Virus record (IMG/VR): IMGVR_UViG_3300037470_000663 | Span: 1-56,870 of that record | Reading direction: 5' to 3' (one strand) | Origin: a virus | Taxonomy: Duplodnaviria; Caudoviricetes | DNA: 56,870 bases | Part shown: positions 45,505-54,090 of the stretch, one piece after another | Layout of the letters: the number at the start of each line of letters is the position of its first letter | Numbering within the stretch: the stretch's first letter is position 1 | Notes under the pieces: model-generated | Told to the model about the DNA's origin: nothing | Seen by the model: only the letters and a program-made list of their open reading frames with translations | Databases searched by the model: none | Program-made: the position numbers and the translations under genes

Positions 45505-46157
45505 TCGTCAGCCTCGCCGTTGTCGCGGCCGTTGTCGGGCATGTAGATGTTGGGCACAATACGCTCGCCACCACTGGTTAGGTCGGTTTTGTCGGTAAAG
45601 AGGCTGCGGAAACGGCCGACGTGGACCAGGGCGCTTTGCGAATCATGCAGCTCGACCTCAATCCATTCTGTTGTCGTCTCCTCGTCATCCTTATTGACAA
45701 AGGTAGTTCGCTTTTGCTTGAACTTCTTCAGCAGGTGCATCTTGCCTTCACGCTCGGCTTTGGCCAGATCGAGCGCCGGATCACGGCCGTCGCCAATATC
45801 CAGAAAATCACCCAGCGAGCCGCGCGCCTGGTCTGAAAGGCGGGCCACGACCTCGGCCGCGCTCATCTCCTGGGCGTGGAAATATTCGTCAACGGCCGCC
45901 TGAATTTTTTCTTTATGCCGCCACTGCCAGCCCAGCTTGCGCGCATTGTTGCCGGTGTAGCCGGGATTGGCACGTAGGTAGGCGTCCTTCAGGCTATCGC
46001 CCATGAGGAAGGCCGCGACAAATCGCCGGTCTTTGGCGGTGAGCGTTGAAACGACGGATAGCGCGCCTTCGACGTCTGCGCGGCGCTGCTGTAAACGCGC
46101 TTCAGCTGCTGCGTCGCGTTCGGTCTCTTCTGTTGTGGCTTCGGTTTTGTCTATCAT
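45501..46157 (-). CDS. terS: Terminase small subunit
   Basis: LT.KDRRFV...AY..A.Y...A..LG; ELHD.Q.AL; DLTSGGE; coupled to terL. Confidence 0.88.
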   Translation of the reverse strand: MIDKTEATTEETERDAAAEARLQQRRADVEGALSVVSTLTAKDRRFVAAFLMGDSLKDAYLRANPGYTGNNARKLGWQWRHKEKIQAAVDEYFHAQEMSAAEVVARLSDQARGSLGDFLDIGDGRDPALDLAKAEREGKMHLLKKFKQKRTTFVNKDDEETTTEWIEVELHDSQSALVHVGRFRSLFTDKTDLTSGGERIVPNIYMPDNGRDNGEADE

Positions 46158-46248
46158 TGTCTATGGTTTTTAGTACTGCCTTATTGGCTCTCTGTTATCA
46201 CTATCCGAAACAGTGCATGCTCTAAAATTACCAATTGCCTCTGGAGAA

Positions 46249-46372
46249 TGGTATAATACTTGCAGCTTCGCCAGAGCTAATTGTATACTTATCCACGCCC
46301 CGCGTGATTTGGTTTTCCTTCTGGCGAAGCTCACCAAGTTACCGGGGCATTTTATTTTAAGGAGCTTCGCCA
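46249..46372 (+). promoter_or_regulatory. Extended -10 promoter plus antisense/attenuator leader
   Basis: TGgTATAAT at 46249. Hairpin 46297..46348 has loop TCTGGCGAAGCTC, complementary to both 46264..46275 and the RBS region 46362..46372. Confidence 0.72.
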
Positions 46373-46801
46373 ATGTCTACTAAACTATGCCCCATTTGCA
46401 AACGTTCATTTGAAACAAATCATGGCCGTCAGGTCTATTGCCACACCTGTCTAGCTTTTCCCGAAACCGGTAAGGCTGTTGTGTACGCCCTTTGCCAACT
46501 TGGTAAGTCTGACGTTAGGTATATCGGTTCAACAACCAATCCTGTTAAACGATTCATGGATCACCGCCAAAACGCACACGGCCCAGAAATCAAACAATGG
46601 GTTAAGTCGATCAAGGGCAATATCGACATGACCATTCTTAAGATTGTTCCAAAGTCCAAGGCCCGTAAGTCTGAAGAGGTTCAGATTCAATACTATGAAA
46701 GGCTGGGACATAAGTTATTAAATAAGCGTGCCGCCGGTAAAATGTTCACCTCGCAAGAGGCAAATGATTACATTGCAAGATGGTTCAAAAATAGCAAGTA
46801 G
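46373..46801 (+). CDS. GIY-YIG endonuclease with N-terminal Zn finger
   Basis: CPIC...YC..C; VVYAL...RYIGST.NP..RF..H; E...I..Y....LLN; opposite strand, AT-richer. Confidence 0.85.
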   Translation: MSTKLCPICKRSFETNHGRQVYCHTCLAFPETGKAVVYALCQLGKSDVRYIGSTTNPVKRFMDHRQNAHGPEIKQWVKSIKGNIDMTILKIVPKSKARKSEEVQIQYYERLGHKLLNKRAAGKMFTSQEANDYIARWFKNSK

Positions 46802-46813
46802 CATGGGCATATT

Positions 46814-47089
46814 CTACCCGCCTGCCCTTACGGCCGTTGTTTCGCGCCGCTCCCTCATCATGGTCACTAATTCTTGAGGTGTAATTTCCACTGCGCCATT
46901 TTGAATAGCCAGCGCCTTTTTTGACTTGGAAATATCGTAATGAGGGAAATCTTTCTTATTCTGGAACCATCGCCGCTGAATGCCTATTGCCTCCGCCATT
47001 TGGTGCAACTCTTCCAGGGTATCAGCCATCATATGACACATGATCATACGGCCGTATGGGATGTTGATATTGTCTACGTAAACAGTCGT
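46814..47089 (-). CDS. DUF4031-like protein (expected start codon reads ACG)
   Basis: TVYVD...GRM.MCHM.ADT.EELH.MA..IG..RRWFQ...HYDI...K..LA...GA. Confidence 0.75.
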   Translation of the reverse strand, partial: TTVYVDNINIPYGRMIMCHMMADTLEELHQMAEAIGIQRRWFQNKKDFPHYDISKSKKALAIQNGAVEITPQELVTMMRERRETTAVRAGG

Positions 47090-47092
47090 GCC

Positions 47093-47338
47093 TCACCCCT
47101 GCTTTGGCCAGCGATACGAATCGAAAGTTTGACCCCTGTCATTCATAAAATAAACTTCCGTGCCATCCTTTGGTAGATGAAAGTTTTTGTACTTGCCGCC
47201 CACCATAACATTGACAAATACATTTTTTTCGTCATTCATCGGTTGGCTTATCTGCACATGATCACTCTCTATCAATTCATCCATTACATGCGACGGCGAT
47301 TGATCGCCGTCACCCTTCCAAACTATCCTTACAAACAT
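47093..47338 (-). CDS. Hypothetical protein
   Basis: GGAAGG RBS; YFMNDRGQTF motif. Confidence 0.65.
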   Translation of the reverse strand: MFVRIVWKGDGDQSPSHVMDELIESDHVQISQPMNDEKNVFVNVMVGGKYKNFHLPKDGTEVYFMNDRGQTFDSYRWPKQG

Positions 47339-47546
47339 TTTTACCTTCCTTTCTATCTAGCTATCTCTTCCTGCTCAAATAACGCGGCCGCACCGGCCGC
47401 AGCTTGCTCACCTGATTAAACTCCACCTGGCGCGACGGCCGTTTCCTCGGTTTGCTGGTCACAGCCAGCGCTTCAGGCTGCCACATATAACCAAAGGCCA
47501 AATATCGGTCCGCCCATCTGCTGGCGACGGTTGTTGAGTTGCAGCC

Positions 47547-48452
47547 TTACCGTGAGCCATCATGCCCCCTTTCGGCCGATGTCGCCGGGTCTGATTCGCC
47601 GGTCAGTTCCTTCAACCACCCCACGGCCGTTTCCACCGCCGCCGCGTCGTCATCCACACCCACGGCCGTGCGGCCCAACTGCACCGCCTCCACCAGCGTC
47701 GTACCCGCGCCGCAAAAGGGATCGACTACTGCATCACCCGGCCTCGTATGCTGCTGGACAAAGCGCCGGGGCAGCAGCCGGGGGAAACTGCCGCCTTCGA
47801 CACGCGGCCGTCCCTGGTCGCCGCTGCTGCTGAAGCGCAGCACGTTGCCCTGGCGCGCGCCGTCTGGGTGCAGCCGGGCATGGCCGTTGGTGTGCTTGCC
47901 CAGCAAGTCGGCCTGGCGCGGGTTACCGTTTTTGTTTTTGGCGATGGTTTTGGGGGAGTACGGCCGTCTGGCTGGCCGGTAAAAATAGTGATGGCTGCGG
48001 GCAAACACGGCCGCAATTTCCCATTCATCCCGGTCGTGGCGCTTGTGGTTTCCGGCCGGTGGTGCGTTGAGCTTGTCCCAAATGTAAAAATCGACCGGCA
48101 GCAGGCCGTGCCGTTCGCCGATTTCGTGAATGAGCAGCAGCTGATCCACGTCAAACCAACCGTCTGCGGTACGGCCGTATTTGTAAACCAGCACAATGAC
48201 ACCGGTTTCGGGATCGATTTTAGGCACCCAGGCTGCCAGGCGCTTATGCAGCCAGACGTGGTAAGCCGCGCCGCTGAGCTCAAAGCCGTGCAGGCCGGGG
48301 TACGGTGGCGAGGTGAGGAGGAGCTGGAAGATGCCATCGCCATAATAGCCAGCGACGGACAAACAATCATCATGCCAGACGGCGTATTTTTCGTCGTGGT
48401 GTAACTTTCGATCGAGAGGCGGCTGCGTTAGCTGCGGTTGGGGCACGGTCAC
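47547..48452 (-). CDS. Beta-class N4-cytosine/N6-adenine DNA methyltransferase
   Basis: LTSPPY before VVDPFCGAGTT; GTG start coupled to the upstream stop. Confidence 0.88.
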   Translation of the reverse strand: MTVPQPQLTQPPLDRKLHHDEKYAVWHDDCLSVAGYYGDGIFQLLLTSPPYPGLHGFELSGAAYHVWLHKRLAAWVPKIDPETGVIVLVYKYGRTADGWFDVDQLLLIHEIGERHGLLPVDFYIWDKLNAPPAGNHKRHDRDEWEIAAVFARSHHYFYRPARRPYSPKTIAKNKNGNPRQADLLGKHTNGHARLHPDGARQGNVLRFSSSGDQGRPRVEGGSFPRLLPRRFVQQHTRPGDAVVDPFCGAGTTLVEAVQLGRTAVGVDDDAAAVETAVGWLKELTGESDPATSAERGHDGSR

Positions 48453-48886
48453 ACTCTGGCCAGGCGACGCCACAAGGGTGCGTGCCGGCGTAGCAAGCGG
48501 CCGGCCACGTCGCCAAACAAAGAAGCCAGCGAGGGCGTCTGCTCCGCTGGCTCCAAAACTTGAATATCTATGCTTGCTTTGATGGGGTATGAGACACGGC
48601 CGTTGAGTTCGGCCAGTTTGTGGGCATAGTCTGTCCGGTACTTGCGGGACAGGTACCCGGCAAACCGGGCGATCTGGGCGTCGGTCAGCTGGCTGAGTGC
48701 CAGATCGTAGACCAGGACGGGGAACGCCCCACCCTGCTCTTCCCAGCGCGGCTCGGCGGCCAGCACCGGCAGCGTGTCGCGGCCGAACAGATACAGCCAA
48801 CGCTCGCGGCGTTTTTCGTCGCTGGTGGTGATGTGCGCCTGGGGCGCGTTAGAACGGCCGTTCGTGCTCATGTGATCATTATACAT
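48449..48886 (-). CDS. Hypothetical protein
   Basis: Normal composition; coupled to the methyltransferase. Confidence 0.65.
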   Translation of the reverse strand: MYNDHMSTNGRSNAPQAHITTSDEKRRERWLYLFGRDTLPVLAAEPRWEEQGGAFPVLVYDLALSQLTDAQIARFAGYLSRKYRTDYAHKLAELNGRVSYPIKASIDIQVLEPAEQTPSLASLFGDVAGRLLRRHAPLWRRLARV

Positions 48887-48966
48887 AAAAGCGGGCCATG
48901 TGTCTATTTGCGTGGTGTCAGCTGTAAGTTCTAATTTGGTTGTTTACTATCTTGTGGTGGCGGTTG

Positions 48967-49461
48967 CTAAAATAACTTACTCTGAATCCAGCGTATCAAC
49001 CCACCTTTTGGCCTGTAGTCAATGGTTTTTGTTCCCTTTCTGCTATTGCAAGACTTGCAAAGGCCTTGAAGATTATCCGGCCAATTCGTGCCGCCCGCAG
49101 CCAGCGGGACAATGTGATCTACTGTCAAGTTTTTCTTTTTGCCGCAAGCTAGACAGCGGCCGTTTTGAGCGTCTATGATTGCGTCCCAATCTGCGGCGTT
49201 GTAATGCCCTTTGGCCTCCGCTTTTCGGGCACGTCGCCTGTGTCTTTTTACGCCTTTTTTTACGGGGTTCTCTCTCGCCCATTCAAGCGCCCGCTCTCGC
49301 TCCATGTCAGCATTTGATCTGTATCGCTCGCGTCTGTACTCGCGATCTTTGCCAGGGTTTGCCTCGCGCCACTTGCGATAATATTCACGTTGACAGGGCG
49401 CACATTGTCCGCCGCTATACCTCTCTGCACTGCCACACCTTGCGCACGGTTCGTTTGTCAA
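48967..49461 (-). CDS. HNH endonuclease
   Basis: CLACG...LTVDHIVPLAAGGTNWPDNLQGLCKSCNSRKG; N-terminal CxxC pair; TTG start after GAGGTG. Confidence 0.92.
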   Translation of the reverse strand: MTNEPCARCGSAERYSGGQCAPCQREYYRKWREANPGKDREYRRERYRSNADMERERALEWARENPVKKGVKRHRRRARKAEAKGHYNAADWDAIIDAQNGRCLACGKKKNLTVDHIVPLAAGGTNWPDNLQGLCKSCNSRKGTKTIDYRPKGGLIRWIQSKLF

Positions 49462-49478
49462 AAACCACCTCAAATATA

Positions 49479-49608
49479 AAGCGCCCTGATTGTGGTGAAG
49501 GTGGCTAAGGTGGGCCGACACAATCAGGGCGCTTCTTTACTTGATCGTCTCGCCGTCACCTTCACGTGACAAAATAAAGTCTTGGCGAGACCTGCTGTTA
49601 TTATACCA
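49479..49608 (-). promoter_or_regulatory. Extended -10 promoter plus antisense/attenuator leader
   Basis: TGgTATAAT at 49608..49600. GTGAAGGTG (49565..49557) is complementary to CACCTTCAC in the loop of the 16-bp stem 49479..49534. Confidence 0.7.
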
Positions 49609-49736
49609 TACACTTGTGGCAAGTAGCGTCACAATACCAGAGGTAGTTAACGCGAAAAGACCCGTTTTGGGGGCGGGTCTTTTCTAGTCGCGTTTCTCTC
49701 GTGCCAGTTGGGGGGAGGTAAGAGCTGAATTGTACC

Positions 49737-50081
49737 TTAGCTTTCGCCCGGCTCCAAATCCAGATCGGCCGGGTCGCAGATGAACCCAACCCAACACGCG
49801 CCAACCACCGACTGAATCTCGGCCTCGTCCAGGCCCAGGTAGCTTGCCACGTCGAAGAGCAGGAACGCCTCGATACGGCCGTACTGCCCGTCCAGCTCCA
49901 GTTCGGCACGCAGGGCGCGCAGCTGGTCCACGGCCTCCTCGCGGCTGAGCCAGGCGGAGACCGCGGCCGGTTCTGGGTGTTCGGCGGTCGCTGTTTCGGT
50001 ACGGCCGTGTAGCCGATAACCAAAGAGAACGAGCAGGACGGCCGTTGTTAGGGCAAAGAAGATGGGGATTATCGGGTTCAT
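49737..50081 (-). CDS. Membrane-anchored hypothetical protein
   Basis: N-terminal TM; GGAGGAG RBS. Confidence 0.65.
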   Translation of the reverse strand: MNPIIPIFFALTTAVLLVLFGYRLHGRTETATAEHPEPAAVSAWLSREEAVDQLRALRAELELDGQYGRIEAFLLFDVASYLGLDEAEIQSVVGACWVGFICDPADLDLEPGES

Positions 50082-50329
50082 ACGGTCTCCTCCTCCACCT
50101 GGACATTAACGCTGGCCATCCAGCTCCAACCGCTGCCGATGGGTCGCTGGCTGGTCTGCACGGCCGGGTCATCGTCGTTTAATTTCATGATGTCGGCGGC
50201 GCGCTGGGCGCTGATGGGCTTGGCGTCGATGACGATACGGCCGTTTTCCCGCCGGTTGTAGAAGTGCAGGGTGCCATCATAGGCGATGTGCAGATGGATG
50301 GTTACGGTGTGGTAAAATGGTTCTGTCAT
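50078..50329 (-). CDS. Hypothetical protein
   Basis: AAGGA RBS. Confidence 0.65.
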   Translation of the reverse strand: MTEPFYHTVTIHLHIAYDGTLHFYNRRENGRIVIDAKPISAQRAADIMKLNDDDPAVQTSQRPIGSGWSWMASVNVQVEEETV

Positions 50330-50396
50330 GGGTTTATCCTTGTGATACGGCCGTTTCCTGTCTTTGACGAGGTGGGGAAACGGCCGTTTTTGTTAC

Positions 50397-50879
50397 TTAG
50401 CCGAAAATAACGGTTAGGTTTTCTTTATCAGAATGAACCTGCAAGAAATTGATAAATCCGATTACGTCACGGATGCGGCCACGAAATGCCTGAAATTCCT
50501 TGTAGGGTTCATCCTCAAGCGCCCGACCGATTTCTTTACTTTGAGCAAGCCAGGGAATAAGCGTTTGATCACGAAAAGACAATACATTTTCAAGCGTGCC
50601 GTTTTCCATCATCAATTCTTCTCCATTGGAGCCTTCCCAATCAGGAAAGAAATCGTACGGATTTGGCGCGCCAAGTTTTTCTGCCATTTCGGTAACGGCG
50701 CGAAGACTGCCCCATGATTCGCGGAGGTAACCACTTTCGGGAACACTCTCGAATCCAGTAATGGAATTTTCGTAGTAATTGTTCCACTGCCCGCCCTCTT
50801 CTTGCCACCCGATAAAATACTTGTAGCCATCTTCGTTTTTTTTAACGGTTCCCCATCTGCAATAAATATCGAGTCCCAT
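50397..50879 (-). CDS. Hypothetical protein (MGLD-start type), cassette gene
   Basis: AT-richer; bounded by junction repeats. Confidence 0.7.
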   Translation of the reverse strand: MGLDIYCRWGTVKKNEDGYKYFIGWQEEGGQWNNYYENSITGFESVPESGYLRESWGSLRAVTEMAEKLGAPNPYDFFPDWEGSNGEELMMENGTLENVLSFRDQTLIPWLAQSKEIGRALEDEPYKEFQAFRGRIRDVIGFINFLQVHSDKENLTVIFG

Positions 50880-50905
50880 TTTGTTGCCTTTTCCTTCGCC
50901 GTCCA

Positions 50906-50936
50906 CTGCGGCCTGGTGGCCGGGTTACGGCCGTTT
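50906..50936. repeat. Junction repeat A, 31 bp (identical copy 51776..51806)
   Basis: CTGCGGCCTGGTGGCCGGGTTACGGCCGTTT. Confidence 0.92.
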
Positions 50937-50941
50937 TTGTT

Positions 50942-51367
50942 CTACAATAGCCAATTAACTTTGTTGCCAATCAAATCGCTGCCGTCGAGCTCCCTGCCTT
51001 CAAAGCCCCTCGGGGTGTAATGCCCCTTAGCAAATGTGACCCCCTTCCGATAATCCTTCGTCATCCCCTTTGTTTCCAGGTGATAGCGCGGCCAGTGACC
51101 ATCACTGTCGATGTGTGTCACGACATAGATGAGGCTGTAGTAGTCCCCATCCCAATCGTTGACGCTGTGCAAGCCCGTTGGCTTTTTGATGACCCAATCT
51201 GAATCACCATCAAACCAACCGAAACGGCCGTAATTATCAGGGTCAACCACAACCAATTGACCAACGGACACAATTGGTTCATCAACTCCGGCTTGTTCGC
51301 AGTCAATCGCAGCCTGTTCGCCGTCGAAAATCCGACCGCAAATTGAACACTCGTATTTAATTCGCAT
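50942..51367 (-). CDS. Hypothetical protein with N-terminal Zn-finger-like motif, cassette gene
   Basis: YECSICG...A..CE; AAAGGA RBS. Confidence 0.7.
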   Translation of the reverse strand: MRIKYECSICGRIFDGEQAAIDCEQAGVDEPIVSVGQLVVVDPDNYGRFGWFDGDSDWVIKKPTGLHSVNDWDGDYYSLIYVVTHIDSDGHWPRYHLETKGMTKDYRKGVTFAKGHYTPRGFEGRELDGSDLIGNKVNWLL

Positions 51368-51379
51368 ATGATTGTTCGT

Positions 51380-51403
51380 TTCCTTTGGCCAAACGGCCGT
51401 TTT
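51380..51403. repeat. Junction repeat B, 24 bp (copy 52008..52031, one mismatch)
   Basis: TTCCTTTGGCCAWACGGCCGTTTT. Confidence 0.9.
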
Positions 51404-51404
51404 G

Positions 51405-51755
51405 TTACGCGCCTAAGACGCGCTCCAGGTGAGCGAAGCGGCCGGCTGTCTTTTTATCAAATTCTTCAATCTCTGAATAGTCCACGTCCGGGTCGTTGTG
51501 GTCCAGTCCTCTGTGGAGGACGTTCCAGCGCTCCATCAGTTCATCGAATTCGTTTGCGGCTTCGTAATATTCCCGTATGGATAGCGGCTCATCGTCATAA
51601 TAAGCACTGTAATGGTTTCGGTAACCAGCGTATTGTTCGTCGAAACTTTCCAATAGCTGATCACGCTGGTTTTCCAAGTCGGCGATAGCGCTGTCCAGTC
51701 GTGACAACTTTGCCCCAAACTCGACTACAACCTTTTCCTGTTCTGGCTTAAGCAT
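51405..51755 (-). CDS. Acidic coiled-coil hypothetical protein, cassette gene
   Basis: AAAGGAG RBS. Confidence 0.7.
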   Translation of the reverse strand: MLKPEQEKVVVEFGAKLSRLDSAIADLENQRDQLLESFDEQYAGYRNHYSAYYDDEPLSIREYYEAANEFDELMERWNVLHRGLDHNDPDVDYSEIEEFDKKTAGRFAHLERVLGA

Positions 51756-51810
51756 GATTGCTCCTTTGCCGCCTGCTGCGGCCTGGTGGCCGGGTTACGG
51801 CCGTTTATCC

Positions 51811-52002
51811 TTAGTATTTGAAGTCTTTCTGCTTTTCCAGTTTTTCGATCCTCTCTTCCAGCTTGCGGATTCTTTCCGTGAGCACATCCTCAATGGCTTC
51901 GACGGCGGATTCGATTTCTACCTGGTTATCGCTGTCCCAATTCCACCCACCCCCGGATGCACTTCTGAAATAATGGACAAAAATTCTTTTTGCGTAATTC
52001 AT
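51811..52002 (-). CDS. Hypothetical protein, cassette gene
   Basis: AAAGGAA RBS before ATG 52002. Confidence 0.65.
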   Translation of the reverse strand: MNYAKRIFVHYFRSASGGGWNWDSDNQVEIESAVEAIEDVLTERIRKLEERIEKLEKQKDFKY

Positions 52003-52067
52003 TTCAGTTCCTTTGGCCATACGGCCGTTTTTGCTGGGAGCGCTGCTCATTTACGAGCCACTCACTA

Positions 52068-52268
52068 TTAAAAAATCTCCGCCGCCTGCGCCATACTGCT
52101 GCGGATTTCATCGTAGGTAAATCCGACGCGCCTGCCGTCGGGGAATTGTAGCTCCAGGCCCACGGCACGGCCGTTTTTCAGGTAGTAGCCGGTTTTGGTG
52201 GCCTCGACGGGTACGTGGTCCTCTGGATGCATGACCCAGACTGTTTTATTGGATTGTTCGTTGATCAT
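52068..52268 (-). CDS. Hypothetical protein
   Basis: ATGA coupling. Confidence 0.6.
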   Translation of the reverse strand: MINEQSNKTVWVMHPEDHVPVEATKTGYYLKNGRAVGLELQFPDGRRVGFTYDEIRSSMAQAAEIF

Positions 52269-52456
52269 GTCGGTTTCTTTCCCTGGAACAATTTCTGAGC
52301 AGCCAGGTCAATTTCAGCCTGGCGCTTGAACCATTCGATTTGCTCCTCTTTTGTCAGGGGCAGCTTCGGTTCCGGATCGGCTGGCGGTTTCTTGTCTTGT
52401 TGAGCTATGGTTTGCATTAGGTCTCCTTTCAGCGTGATCTCGTATGCGCTGCCCAC
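52265..52456 (-). CDS. Hypothetical protein
   Basis: AAAGGAG RBS. Confidence 0.55.
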   Translation of the reverse strand: MGSAYEITLKGDLMQTIAQQDKKPPADPEPKLPLTKEEQIEWFKRQAEIDLAAQKLFQGKKPT

Positions 52457-52501
52457 GGTTGCTCCTTTCCCGGCGCGGCTGTTTGCGCGCGAACCAATAA
52501 G

Positions 52502-52828
52502 CTAATCAATATGCCAGCCTGGGCTGTTCTTGCTGGCGTAGCCCCGGCAATAATGGGTATCGCCGCGTTCATCAACGACGCCGTGGCTGTGCCAACTGTC
52601 GCCCTGCTTTTCGCGCTTACGCATCACCTCATTGTGTTTGGGGCAGATGGGATCACCCTCGGGCGTGTACTTGAAGTCGCGGGCGGCCTCGGCCGTGGGT
52701 GCTGGGGAGTAGCCCCAACCCGACAGCTTGACCAGCGCTTCATCCAGGCGGCCGGGCTCGGGCGTGATTTCAAAGTCAACCGGCCAGCCGTTTGGGCTAA
52801 TGGTGTGGATCGTAATTTTGTCGAACAT
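52502..52828 (-). CDS. Small Zn-binding protein (CPKH...H...YC)
   Basis: GGAGG RBS; P.CP.H...M..R...W.SH...YC.G motif. Confidence 0.7.
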   Translation of the reverse strand: MFDKITIHTISPNGWPVDFEITPEPGRLDEALVKLSGWGYSPAPTAEAARDFKYTPEGDPICPKHNEVMRKREKQGDSWHSHGVVDERGDTHYCRGYASKNSPGWHID

Positions 52829-52898
52829 TGCTACCTCCAGTTTGTAAGTGCTCTTAAAACGATTGCAAAAAACAGAATAACAAAAAATATCTCAAGCA

Positions 52899-53606
52899 TT
52901 AGTCACCCCCTGCCCCAGCTGCGGCCGGTTGACCGTTGGCCCGCTGCCAGATGTCGGGGCGGATGGTGGCTGCACCGTTGGCCATTGCCATGCGGGCGTA
53001 GCGCCGGGCACCTTCGGCCGTGTGGTACTGGGCGCGCCGGGCAGCCTCGAATTTGTTCTCGCCGCGCCGGGCGACGCGCAGCTGCATGGCATCGCGGTTG
53101 GCTTGCCGCCGGGCTTCAACGGCCGCTTCTTTCTCGGCCTCGGTGGTGGGTAGGATGGTCTGAGCCAATGCGCGGGCCATACGGACGGCTAGGTAGTGGC
53201 TGCATGGCGTTTCGTTGAACTGCGACCATTTGCACGTACATTTGCCGTTGACTTCGTAGGTGTCGCTGCTGCCCTGCACTACGGCCGTATCCTCGCCGGT
53301 GAGCCGCACGCGGCCAGCTTCGACCAGGCGGGCGGCTTTTTCGTAGCGGTTAGCCCAGCTGGGCTGTTTGGCGGTGCCCAGGGCGGCCAGGGCGTAAGCG
53401 CGGTGTGTGTCCGGCTGCGCCTGCTGCATTTGCTCGGCCGTCAGGCGTGGGGCGCGGATGTTGAGGTTGGCGGCGTCGAGCCGGCCGTCTTCGTGGTGCA
53501 GGGCCGCAACGGTGTGGCCGATGTCTGGGTGCTGGTCGTCGGCGTCGTACCATTTGGCGTAGTAGGTGCCGTTTTCTAGTTTGGTGAGTGATTGTAGGGT
53601 GATCAT
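52899..53606 (-). CDS. SWIM zinc-finger protein
   Basis: CTCKW...PCSH.LAV. Confidence 0.8.
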   Translation of the reverse strand: MITLQSLTKLENGTYYAKWYDADDQHPDIGHTVAALHHEDGRLDAANLNIRAPRLTAEQMQQAQPDTHRAYALAALGTAKQPSWANRYEKAARLVEAGRVRLTGEDTAVVQGSSDTYEVNGKCTCKWSQFNETPCSHYLAVRMARALAQTILPTTEAEKEAAVEARRQANRDAMQLRVARRGENKFEAARRAQYHTAEGARRYARMAMANGAATIRPDIWQRANGQPAAAGAGGD

Positions 53607-53851
53607 TGGGCCACCTCGTCGATGTGATTGACCAGCGCCGCGCCGCGCAGCTGGTTGAGGGCCACGGTATAGGCGATAGCAAATGAGGGCGCTGTGGCGC
53701 TTACGGGATTGCCGTAAGCGGGCCGCAGGGTGACGGTGGTCATGATGGTGCCACGGCCGTCTGCCGCCATGTCGATGACCGGGCTAAAGGGCAGCTGCCG
53801 CAGCAGGATGCTTAAGTGGGTGATGGGGTCGTGGGCGATGGGGTTGGTCAT
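53603..53851 (-). CDS. Hypothetical protein
   Basis: Coupled on both sides. Confidence 0.6.
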   Translation of the reverse strand: MTNPIAHDPITHLSILLRQLPFSPVIDMAADGRGTIMTTVTLRPAYGNPVSATAPSFAIAYTVALNQLRGAALVNHIDEVAQ

Positions 53852-54090
53852 TATTGCACCGCCTGGGGGAGCAAGGAGCCGGAACGGCCGTTGACGTGGA
53901 AGAGGTCCAGGCTTTTCAGGTAACGATCCACCAGGTAGCTGTACATATCGTCTGATGGGTCGAGGCTGATGAGTTCGGCCAGGGCGCGGTTTAAGCGCTG
54001 CATCTGGGTTACCGGGCAGAATGATTTCTGCTTGTGTCGTTTGATTTCGGAGAGGCTGTGCTTTTTGATTTCTGTCTGCTGTGTTATCAT
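53851..54090 (-). CDS. Hypothetical protein
   Basis: AAAGGA RBS before ATG 54090; the longer ORF in the track overlaps the next gene. Confidence 0.5.
   Translation of the reverse strand: MITQQTEIKKHSLSEIKRHKQKSFCPVTQMQRLNRALAELISLDPSDDMYSYLVDRYLKSLDLFHVNGRSGSLLPQAVQ

Noticed and set aside
15593-48404. Long + strand ORFs opposite the structural genes (e.g. 24988..26016, 36858..37688, 27754..28422, 15593..16318)
   Set aside because: Shadow frames of GC-rich coding sequence with no RBS or motifs; the - strand genes are coupled and recognisable.
46373-49461. Restriction-modification pairing of the nucleases with the methyltransferases
   Set aside because: The nucleases look like free-standing HNH/GIY-YIG genes with their own leaders and are not adjacent to the methyltransferases.
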